DNA of 63,345 bases, the filler included, from Welwitschia mirabilis (Eukaryota): the NCBI GenBank assembly GCA_051453625.1. It is 4 parts of one record of this genome, joined end to end, with 100 filler letters (N's around TTAATTAATTAA, not from the genome) between each part and the next. Parts side by side here need not be neighbours in the genome. Positions count along the whole stretch, not along the records: positions 32,623 to 63,345 come from JBOZIK010000001.1; 3 more parts are not named here. The stretch is one strand, 5' to 3'. Made by a program: the position numbers and the translations under genes. Each line of letters starts with the position of its first letter. The stretch's first letter is position 1. A model generated the notes under the pieces. That model was not told where the DNA came from and did not search any database. It saw only the letters and a program-made list of their open reading frames with translations. Positions 53,337 to 63,345 of this stretch are shown here, one piece after another.

Positions 53337-53657
53337 TGATAGGATCGAGAACCCTAGAGGAGGGATGAATAGGTTTTTTATACAATTCTAACAAAATATT
53401 CTAAATGAATCCAATCTTAAACAAAACTTTCATATAATAAGGGACTAATCTAAATTGTGCATGATATAAGAAAATAATGGAAGTAAAGAAATAATGACTA
53501 AAATCACACAAATACGATATGGATACAAGCCAAATTTATAGTAGTTTAGGAAACCTCCTACTTGACTCTCAATAATAAGCTTATCACCAAGTTAGATCTC
53601 GGATCTTTGTTGCTCCATGAGGTATTCTAGGTTCACCTATAACTTTTACAAATAGAA

Positions 53658-53746
53658 TTTTCTAGGCTTTATCTCAACTTTGAATGGACTTTTCAAGGCT
53701 TAGTCTCAACCTTTGAATGGACTTTTCAAGGCTTAGTCTCAACCTT
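53658..53746. repeat. ~33-bp tandem repeat (2.6 copies) inside SIRE LTR
   Basis: TTTGAATGGACTTTTCAAGGCTTAGTCTCAACC is repeated; the reverse-complement counterpart lies at ~31700-31770. Confidence 0.85.
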
Positions 53747-56025
53747 TCACAAAGCAAGGTAGTGATGTAATGATACCAACAAAGCACGGATATCACTTGT
53801 TCTTGATTCAGTAGATTTCATAGAGCTCTTCTCTCGTAGATGTAAAATGAATGAAGCATAGGATCTAACCTTAAATGTAGAGATGATACAAATGGTAGAT
53901 CTTCCTTTGTCAGAANNNNNNNNNNNNNNNNNNNNNNNNNNNNNNNNNNNNNNNNNNNNNNNNNNNNNNNNNNNNNNNNNNNNNNNNNNNNNNNNNNNNN
54001 NNNNNNNNNNNNNNNNNNNNNNNNNNNNNNNNNNNNNNNNNNNNNNNNNNNNNNNNNNNNNNNNNNNNNNNNNNNNNNNNNNNNNNNNNNNNNNNNNNNN
54101 NNNNNNNNNNNNNNNNNNNNNNNNNNNNNNNNNNNNNNNNNNNNNNNNNNNNNNNNNNNNNNNNNNNNNNNNNNNNNNNNNNNNNNNNNNNNNNNNNNNN
54201 NNNNNNNNNNNNNNNNNNNNNNNNNNNNNNNNNNNNNNNNNNNNNNNNNNNNNNNNNNNNNNNNNNNNNNNNNNNNNNNNNNNNNNNNNNNNNNNNNNNN
54301 NNNNNNNNNNNNNNNNNNNNNNNNNNNNNNNNNNNNNNNNNNNNNNNNNNNNNNNNNNNNNNNNNNNNNNNNNNNNNNNNNNNNNNNNNNNNNNNNNNNN
54401 NNNNNNNNNNNNNNNNNNNNNNNNNNNNNNNNNNNNNNNNNNNNNNNNNNNATGGATATAACTCGTTCTTGATTCAGTAATTTGATGGAGCTCTCTTCCT
54501 GTAGATGTAAAATAAATAAAACTCTTAACCTAATCTTGAATGTAGATATGATGCTGATAAAAGATCTTTTTTAGTCAGAAATATAGATGCCAAGATACAA
54601 CAATGAAAGTCACTCAATTACAATGCTTAATCCTTTAAATCTAATAGATTTACCCAAATGAAGATGGTTCCAAAGATTCTTTAGTCATCTATGTCTTAGC
54701 TATTTATATTAGAAGGCTTTTAGGGTTTGTTACATTTGAAATGCGCTTCCAACAGCTATACATGGCTAGAAAACAGCTACCTAATGGCTACATAATGGAT
54801 ATATAACTTTTAGAAAATTTTACTTTGATTCCATCCTAAACTCCATATGGNNNNNNNNNNNNNNNNNNNNNNNNNNNNNNNNNNNNNNNNNNNNNNNNNN
54901 NNNNNNNNNNNNNNNNNNNNNNNNNNNNNNNNNNNNNNNNNNNNNNNNNNNNNNNNNNNNNNNNNNNNNNNNNNNNNNNNNNNNNNNNNNNNNNNNNNNN
55001 NNNNNNNNNNNNNNNNNNNNNNNNNNTCAACTCCTTCAGGCCTCTAGTTGACCTCAGGATGATTGGCTCAAGTGCACTAGCGACATAGTGCTTAGGTCTG
55101 ATCGATTCCATCAGAGGTCTAGTTGACACCTTGTCATTCAGTCTAGGGATACTATTTATTAGGTCCTCAAATCCGGTCAACCCCATAAAGATCTTATTAA
55201 CCCCTTTTCATTCAGTTCAAGGATACTAATTCTTGAGGTTACAGGTCTGATCGACTCCATTAAAATTCTAATCGATCCCATCAAGAGGGTAAACGAANNN
55301 NNNNNNNNNNNNNNNNNNNNNNNNNNNNNNNNNNNNNNNNNNNNNNNNNNNNNNNNNNNNNNNNNNNNNNNNNNNNNNNNNNNNNNNNNNNNNNNNNNNN
55401 NNNNNNNNNNNNNNNNNNNNNNNNNNNNNNNNNNNNNNNNNNNNNNNNNNNNNNNNNNNNNNNNNNNNNNNNNNNNNNNNNNNNNNNNNNNNNNNNNNNN
55501 NNNNNNNNNNNNNNNNNNNNNNNNNNNNNNNNNNNNNNNNNNNNNNNNNNNNNNNNNNNNNNNNNNNNNNNNNNNNNNNNNNNNNNNNNNNNNNNNNNNN
55601 NNNNNNNNNNNNNNNNNNNNNNNNNNNNNNNNNNNNNNNNNNNNNNNNNNNNNNNNNNNNNNNNNNNNNNNNNNNNNNNNNTTGAATCAGATGTCACAAA
55701 TTATAGTTTATTTCCAATGTTAGCAAACTTTAAACTATTCAAGTTAAGTACATATAATATCAAAAGCAAAACATATTTAGCATATACAATTTTGAAAAGA
55801 ACAAATATATTTGAGTTACTAAATGAAACAAGACTTAGCATTTTATTAGACATAAGCAAACATTACAAGGTTAACATGCAAACATTACAAACTAGAATGC
55901 TCATCAAGAGCATACAACTGAAATCATATAAAAAGCATTTAACAACATANNNNNNNNNNCCCTTTTGAAATTAATGATAAATGAGAGAACATAATTACAA
56001 AACAAATCATAATCTGAATTTTTTT

Positions 56026-57096
56026 TTAATGAGACTCTTCTTCTTCTTCTTCTTCTTCTTCTTCTTCTTCTTCTTCTTCTTCTTCTTCAGAGACTTCCTC
56101 CAAATCTTCTTCATTACCCCTTATGCATACTAAAATAGTGGTCTCTACTAAGGTATTAAAAATTTCATAGCTAACTGCTATGAATACTTCCTTCATGTGT
56201 CTAGTACAGAATTCAATCTATCTCAGATATGAAAGGATCTCATTAGGAGAGGCTTCCTTTAGAGAAAGAGATTTCGAGAATCTCTTATAAGGGACAAAGA
56301 TGTGCATGCAGGATAAGGTTGTACACCTAATGAGTGCCATAGGTTGGAGGATATCTATTTTAGAATAAAAGGTAATATGAAAATGATGGGAAATACTTGT
56401 GATAAGCACAAAGTAGTGTAAAGCCCTAGTTTTTTGATACTCTAGCTATGAGATTATATTCTTCATTATTATGGTAGAAGCATCAATAGAATGCTTAGTT
56501 CCTACCAAATACATCAAATAAGCTCGATAGCAGAAGGCCTCATCACAATGCCTAGCCAAAGGTGAGAAGTTATTAATAAAAATCAAGTGTAGAAAATGAT
56601 ATTTTAGAGTCAATAAAGAAGTAGAAAAGGTTTGCTTCCAAGAATACACCTTATCACAAATCTTTATAGTAATAGAAGGTTTGCCTTTCATGGTATCTCG
56701 AAGAGGCCAAAACACTTCATAGTCACTCCTTGAAAGGTTGGTTAGCACAGAAATGAGATTGGCTGTTACTCTTATTCTCTTCTCCAAAAAGATGGTTTCA
56801 AGGGTTCTGGTGTCATGATCATAAGAAGCATTATAGTAAAACATCCAAGTGAGGAAAGGATTAAGTAGAACTAGAAACATTCAAAAAGTAATCAAGATCC
56901 TAATTTATTAGGATTTGAATAACTTTCCTGAGCTCTATAAGCTCTGAAGTGGTTACTGATCATCCTGAAACACTACTTTCTTCTCATACTTCTTGAAGAA
57001 CTTGTCAATGTTCTCCTCTGATATTCCCTGGTAGAAAATAGTTGGATACCTTTTAGGATCTTTCTTTACTCTCCTCTTGGATGATATTTTAGCCAT
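56026..57096 (-). pseudogene. Sirevirus extra (env-like) ORF, putative plant transposon protein (Transposase_32-like), decayed
   Basis: ATG at 57096 (MAKISSKRR...), LNPFLTWMFYYN...RIRVTANLI...LLTLKYHFLHLIFINNFSP...LMYLV....IDASTIIMKNI...LHYFVLIT, and an acidic tail EEDLEEVSE(n)SH*. It sits on the pol side of the 3' LTR, the position typical of Sirevirus extra ORFs. Confidence 0.7.
56036..56088. repeat. (TTC)~17 microsatellite
   Basis: Directly visible perfect repeat. Confidence 0.95.
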
Positions 57097-58137
57097 TTTA
57101 GAACTTTACAAGTAATAAAACTGAGAGAAAAATACTAAATCTGAGATCAAAGCTTTGGATCTTGAAAAAAGAGCTCTAGATTTAAGAGATGGAGAAGGCT
57201 AGAATATAATGAAATCAATTTAGGTTCCTCTTTATTTTATAAACTATGCAAAATAAAGAAAGAAATCAGGTCCACCAACATTACTTCTACATTATGNNNN
57301 NNNNNNNNNNNNNNNNNNNNNNNNNNNNNNNNNNNNNNNNNNNNNNNNNNNNNNNNNNNNNNNNNNNNNNNNNNNNNNNNNNNNNNNNNNNNNNNNNNNN
57401 NNNNNNNNNNNNNNNNNNNNNNNNNNNNNNNNNNNNNNNNNNNNNNNNNNNNNNNNNNNNNNNNNNNNNNNNNNNNNNNNNNNNNNNNNNNNNNNNNNNN
57501 NNNNNNNNNNNNNNNNNNNNNNNNNNNNNNNNNNNNNNNNNNNNNNNNNNNNNNNNNNNNNNNNNNNNNNNNNNNNNNNNNNNNNNNNNNNNNNNNNNNN
57601 NNNNNNNNNNNNNNNNNNNNNNNNNNNNNNNNNNNNNNNNNNNNNNNNNNNNNNNNNNNNNNNNNNNNNNNNNNNNNNNNNNNNNNNNNNNNNNNNNNNN
57701 NNNNNNNNNNNNNNNNNNNNNNNNNNNNNNNNNNNNNNNNNNNNNNNNNNNNNNNNNNNNNNNNNNNNNNNNNNNNNNNNNNNNNNNNNNNNNNNNNNNN
57801 NNNNNNNNNNNNNNNNNNNNNNNNNNNNNNNNNNNNNNNNNNNNNNNNNNNNNNNNNNNNNNNNNNNNNNNNNNNNNNNNNNNNNNNNNNNNNNNNNNNN
57901 NNNNNNNNNNNNNNNNNNNNNNNNNNNNNNNNNNNNNNNNNNNNNNNNNNNNNNNNNNNNNNNNNNNNNNNNNNNNNNNNNNNNNNNNNNNNNNNNNNNN
58001 NNNNNNNNNNNNNNNNNNNNNNNNNNNNNNNNNNNNNNNNNNNNNNNNNNNNNNNNNNNNNNNNNNNNNNNNNNNNNNNNNNNNNNNNNNNNNNNNNNNN
58101 NNNNNNNNNNNNNNNNNNNNNNNNNNNNNNNNNNNNN

Positions 58138-58504
58138 CTAAATGATACAAAAGACAATGCCACCTTAGAAAAATTCCACATCAGCTATAAGATTGATCCC
58201 AGTTAGCATCCTCTTTTACTTAAGTGTTCTATCATCTATACAGTTATCCAAATAATGAGGTGGATGATAGGCTTTTTTATAGTTCTTCATATATTGCATT
58301 AGCCTTAATGTTTGCAGGAATTTTAGTTCAAATAGAAAATATTGTAAACTGCTTCAAATGCTATAAAATGTAATGACAATGGAATGTTATTGTATCATTC
58401 ATCTCAACTCTTCATTGCCATTGAGATCTAGTATAAACCTATTTAATATCCTACAAAACTAGTCAAAATACCCTATCAAATACATACAATTTGACAATGC
58501 AACA
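58138..58504 (-). mobile_element. Athila-family LTR 5'-end fragment
   Basis: Ends CAAAATACCCTATCAAATACATACAATTTGACAATGCAACA, matching the LTR ends at 38212, 47270 and 11091. Confidence 0.75.
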
Positions 58505-59138
58505 ATTATAAAAACTTTTGTTATAAAACTATGTAGTAAAAATAAAATCACAATGACTTGTTATTCATTATATAATTAATATAGAAAAAAGAAATAAGAT
58601 CTAAAAAAAAGAAAAAACAAGGGAAATTATAGGGAGGAACTATAATGATCTCCAATTAACTAAGAACAGAGATTGTATATGAGGATTAATGCCATAAGCT
58701 AGGGTTTCTAAATAATATTACTTAAAGTAAAAACCAAAAAATTTTCTTACATCCCTCTACCATAATAAATAATAATTTAAAAATTAAATAATATTATCTA
58801 GATACGTAATAAAGATAAAATAAATGTTATAAAAATAAAATCCTAAAGTAAAATTTACCATCAAGAAATAGAGGTGGTAGTTGAAATGATCCTAAGAAAA
58901 TGTATAACACCTATAGTAAGTAAAATCTATAATGAAGTAAAAATAAAATTCATCTAGTTTTAAATATCTTTAATAATAGATACTAAGCCCATATACACTT
59001 TGCTATGTTATAAAAAATGAAACAAAAAATACTTATATATTTGGTATATCCATAATGAATTCAAATTACATGGAGAAAGTATATGCAATCCATAATACAC
59101 ACTATACCATACACTTATAGAAACTATAAAATAAATAA

Positions 59139-60674
59139 TGATAAAGTGGTTAACTCACCTTATTTTAATGTATCAAACTTGCTAAATTTGATGATGTATG
59201 TATGCAAGGATCAAAAACAATTAAAGCTCATTCAAGTTAACTAAAGACATCTACAAAATTAGAAGATGTCTATAACACATGAATATGCCTACATAAAGTG
59301 AAGACGTATGTAGCACTAGAAGATATCAACACATACTAAAGATGTCTATAAGACTAGAAGACATCTATCATAACTCAATACATTGCCACAAAATCAGAAA
59401 ATGATAATAGACTAAATACATCTACACTAGAAGATGTCTACACCACTTAAAGATGTCTATAACTTTTGAAAGCCTTCACATTGTGTTATGTTTGAACATT
59501 AAAAGAACCATTTCAATCACTAAATCTAACTATTTGAGTAATGCCCAATCCATTTTACATGATAAACTCAGTTATTTTAGATGCTTTCCAAGTTATTTTA
59601 CAGTTAAAATTAGTTATTTTAGGTTCCATTCAAGTTATTTACAAGTGGTCCTCGAAGGAAACTCTAAAAAAGGATATATATATCTTAAATAAATAATAAT
59701 TAACATGAATAGATATAGTAATCTAATCATTAAAGGTAATGTTATGTAGTATTTAGAATGGTGCTGTGAATAGATTAGATAGATCTACTTTGGAATGACT
59801 AATTACATGATTTAACATTAGATCCAAGAAAAATATTACAAGAATATAACCTTTGTGAAGAAATTAAAGAACTCATCACTCTTCATGAATAAATCCTTAC
59901 ACGAGTACACTAAGGAGATAGATTACATCTATATATCTTTCTGCTTATTTCTTTTTCTTATAAAGAAAGCTTATTTCTATTGTACAATTTTTGTGCATTT
60001 TAATACTCTAGCTTGCTATAGCTTATTATACTATAAAGGTGTACATCTAATGTTCATAAAATCTACATTAGTTTCATATTTCTATTATAATTCAATGTTT
60101 TTTCATAAGGGAATTTGTTATTGGGTCCTATTTTGGAATTCCAAAGTTATGAATTATGGCTTGTGTAGTATCCTAATGTTATCTTATAAGATAAATTTTG
60201 ATTGTAAGATTATTAATGAACTTAAAACCACAATTTTATTGTAACTTTAGTCCTAAGCTTAAAACTACAATGTGCAAAAATGATGAGGGATTGAGTTGGT
60301 TACCTTGTGAGGAACAAGTCCATTATCTTGTGATTTAAAAGGTTAGTGTTAAGGTCCAAACCATAGTAACACCCTAAGGGGTTGAGTTGATACCTTGTAA
60401 GGGGTTACTTATTGTAACTAAATCCTTGTATATTTTATGGTAAGCCTCAAATGAAGCATTTTGAAAAAGAAACATGATCTAGAGCTATNNNNNNNNNNTT
60501 TGACCCTGTACATTTGGAGTACTTGAGCTATGGAATCATATTATCTTTATAAGAGTATCTATTATACCTTTTTTAACTTTTCTTATTAGCTATATTTTTT
60601 AATTGAATTTTATTATTAGAATTCTTATTTTTTAAAAATTATTCTTTCCTCCCCTCTACATTCAATAACCTACA
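59139..60674 (+). mobile_element. Solo LTR, SIRE-like copia
   Basis: TG...CA ends, U5-like ATTCTTTCCTCCCCTCTAC...TACA, flanks AATAA / AATGA (4/5 TSD), no PBS after it, and internal short tandem repeats. Confidence 0.65.
59240..59465 (+). repeat. Degenerate ~19-20-bp tandem repeat (ACTAGAAGATGTCTA..), about 11 copies
   Basis: GAAGATGTCTA / AAGACATCTA recurs at ~19-20 bp spacing. Confidence 0.8.
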
Positions 60675-62867
60675 AATGATATAGACAATGTAAACATAAT
60701 AACAAAAACAACTTGTTATTAGAATTTTTTTTTGTTTTCAAATATGTGTATGCTATTATCAACATATCATAACAATTCATATTATTAATATAAGAGGTAT
60801 ATCTACATAAAATACATGTTCATTTGATATTTTCATCTATTCTCATAATTTCATTTACTCGTTTATGAAATTAAAATTTTTAACTTCATCCATAAAGCCC
60901 TAAGGACCTATTAAATAAAAGAAATGTAAATGGCATAAGCTTAAAATATTTCATCTATAAAATTATTTAAATTTTGGACTAAAATATATAATAATTCAAT
61001 AAAATGAAGAGATTTTATGTTCCATTTCTTTTATATGTAATAGATCAAATGACATTTAAGAAAAGCATAATGTTTATGTTCAATACTATTTTGGTCATAA
61101 ATAAGACATATCTAATCTTCTTGAGGAACTTAAAATCATCTTTTTTTATAATTATAAAACAATAAGATTCCATTCTTATCTTACTTATCTAAATTTGTAG
61201 ATGGCGCAGAATAACAACATTAAGTAATTTTCCTTTTTAGAAATTCCTATTCTAGTATTATTTAAGTAAAATTAATTTTTTCTTTTTTGTTTTTCTAAAT
61301 TCTTTAAAGCTATTTTATTTTATAATTATTTGAAATTGTTTAGAATCATACAAAAAATTTGTTTTTAAATTATTTCATTTTTTAAACCACATCTTTTCAT
61401 AATAAAAACAATAGTTTTCTTGAGTCCTATGGAACACCGTTTTAGAAAATTTATTAATGGTATAACTTAAGAGATATGACCATAGGATACACACTAATAA
61501 ATAGCTTCTATATCTGAAGCCATGAATTTAGCTTTAAGAAATATAATGTCATATTGAATTTGGTGTTTTACCTTAAGATATTCTAATGATAACTATTTTG
61601 AACTTATTTCATTTACTTCTAGTTCTTGCCTAGTAATGTAGAACCCAAATGACATAATCACATAGAAGTATTAGTTCACTAATAATGCAAGAAAGTTACC
61701 TATGAACATTTTAAGACAGAATTACCTCTTTTATTTTTCATTTTTTCAAGTTAAACAAGGCTTTCATACTTCTAATGAGCTTTTGAATGATGGATTTATC
61801 CTATTTATAATTATTAAAGGATTTTAATCCTAAATGTTTACAAGGGAAAAATTTTAACTTGTTTATTTCTTATTTGAAAAGTAAAATCAGTATTATGTGT
61901 GCTATGAAGTTTAGCTAATTCTTTTTTTGAATGAAATTGAAACATTTTCATTACTGGGAAGATGATGAAGAAAAAAATCTTATTAAAATATACACTAAAA
62001 CTAGGCTTTAATCTAAAAATAGTTTGAGTGGCCTGACTGAGAGATTAGCGCTAAAAGTAAATCCCATGGAAACATAGTTTAAGCCTGGGAGTATAAACTA
62101 TAAGATAGGAAACCGGTTGGAATGAGAAACATTCCCTGCATCACGCTACCAATAGGGAAGATTATTCAATATGAGCAATGGACTTGAGGGTGTCTTACTC
62201 TCTTAAAAATTCTTTTGCAGTCTTATACCTTTGACCTTAGGGGGCTGAGTTTTACTTAGCTGAGATAAATGCATCTAGGGAGTCTCAAATAGAGATCCTG
62301 ATTTAAATAAATGCAATGGAAGCTTAGCTGATCTGAAGGTGCAACTCCACATAGATGACAGGATAAGAGTATTTTGATGACCAAACTGCAAGGGCATGTC
62401 ATCTCTTCTCTGCATCCTGTTGGAATTTTCATAATCTTGAGAAGATAGCGGCAAATCATTCTGACTTCTGCTCCTATTGGAAATGAAAGACAAATGGTTG
62501 ATGCTTTCTGGGAGTAGGGGAGAAGTTGAAAATAAAGAGAACTAGGAGACAACTCTTTAGGAGAGTGCAGCACAGTAAGAGCTTAGGAGGTGAGAATCAA
62601 AACTTAAGGAGATTTCAGTAAGTCTCTTAGAGGGAAAGGGAAAGAGAGTGACCTAATTACACACTAAAAATGCTCTGATAAGCTTCTGCAGTTCTGAAAT
62701 ATAGACCTGAACTAGGAATGAACTAATATTTGTAGGGCATAGGAGCTTGTAGGTCAGTAGATAAAATAAGGATCTTTAAGTGAGATGCTGGACAACAGAA
62801 AGCCTGAGGGCTTATCTTGATACAAATTATTGGGAGATTCTAATGAGATGATACCGTCTTCAATTTT

Positions 62868-63345
62868 TGTAGGTTTCTTTTAACTTTTGAATCTCTGAAA
62901 GTTTAAAATTGATAGATGAGGCATTACCCTGTAATCACTCTAAATTATATCCCTGCGAGCGGCCTTTTATAGATGATGCATCTTTGAAAAAACATGACAT
63001 AATACTATGTGCGGTGAATAGTTGGCACTGCCCTTGTTATTTGGATGTGTGCCCAATATGAGTCACACACCCAACAATCTCCACCTTGGCTCAAATTAGA
63101 TACAAGAGGTCAAGTGGTGCATATGCCTACTAAGTCCAAACAGTGTTTGAACTTTACCTTAGGAAGAGACATGGTTAACATGTCAGTAGGATTTTGGGAA
63201 TTATGTATCTTGTGTATAACAATGTCTCCTATAGTAAGAGTGTCTCTAACATAGTGACACTTTACATTAATGTGTTTGGTCCTTGCATGATACATATCAT
63301 TTTTAGTAAGATGAATAGCACTTTGGCTATCACAGAATACCACAG
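62868..63345 (-). mobile_element. Ty1/copia (Tork/Tnt1-like) 3' end: RNase H C-terminus, PPT, start of 3' LTR at 63076
   Basis: [32 protein letters not shown]...[21 protein letters not shown] (63110-63343), PPT AAGGTGGAGAT then TGTTGGG, and TATAAAAGG in the LTR. The far LTR boundary (62868) is a guess. Confidence 0.9.

Larger units (their letters stand above)
53337..57296 (-). mobile_element. SIRE/Sirevirus copia 3' part (3' LTR ending at 53337, pre-LTR PPT region, extra ORF), inserted into the preceding gag
   Basis: The minus strand reads CCTATTCATCCCTCCTCTAGGGTTCTCGATCCTATCA at the LTR end, near-identical to 31989-32024. Palindromic repeats lie at 55030-55290 and a PPT-like TTATCATTAATTTCAAAAGGG at ~55960-55980. 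Confidence 0.85.

Noticed and set aside
59855..60244. 129-aa hydrophobic ORF and similar short F/L/I/Y-rich ORFs elsewhere
   Set aside because: Their composition is what AT-rich LTR or non-coding DNA yields by chance, and they show no motifs.

Overview
AT-rich, CpG-depleted, gap-riddled plant nuclear DNA, most likely heterochromatic or intergenic. It consists almost entirely of old, nested, decayed transposable elements: several Athila-like Ty3/gypsy copies (tRNA-Asp-type PBS, ~1.2-1.4 kb LTRs), chromovirus-like gypsy fragments, three SIRE/Sirevirus-type copia pieces plus a solo LTR, two other copia fragments, a TRIM-sized LTR element and a probable LINE remnant. I found no intact protein-coding gene and no RNA gene. 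Two things are not explained by ordinary TE debris. The first is a 1.6 kb compound tandem array (12.4-14.05 kb) of 18 units of ~90 bp, in which one ~24-bp core persists while the rest of the unit switches between three types. The second is a decayed multi-exon minus-strand gene (24.8-29.25 kb, possibly reaching ~19.2 kb) that contains a WRC zinc finger and lies just inside CACTA-like subterminal repeats. All family assignments come from motifs read by eye with no database search, and boundaries next to N gaps are approximate.
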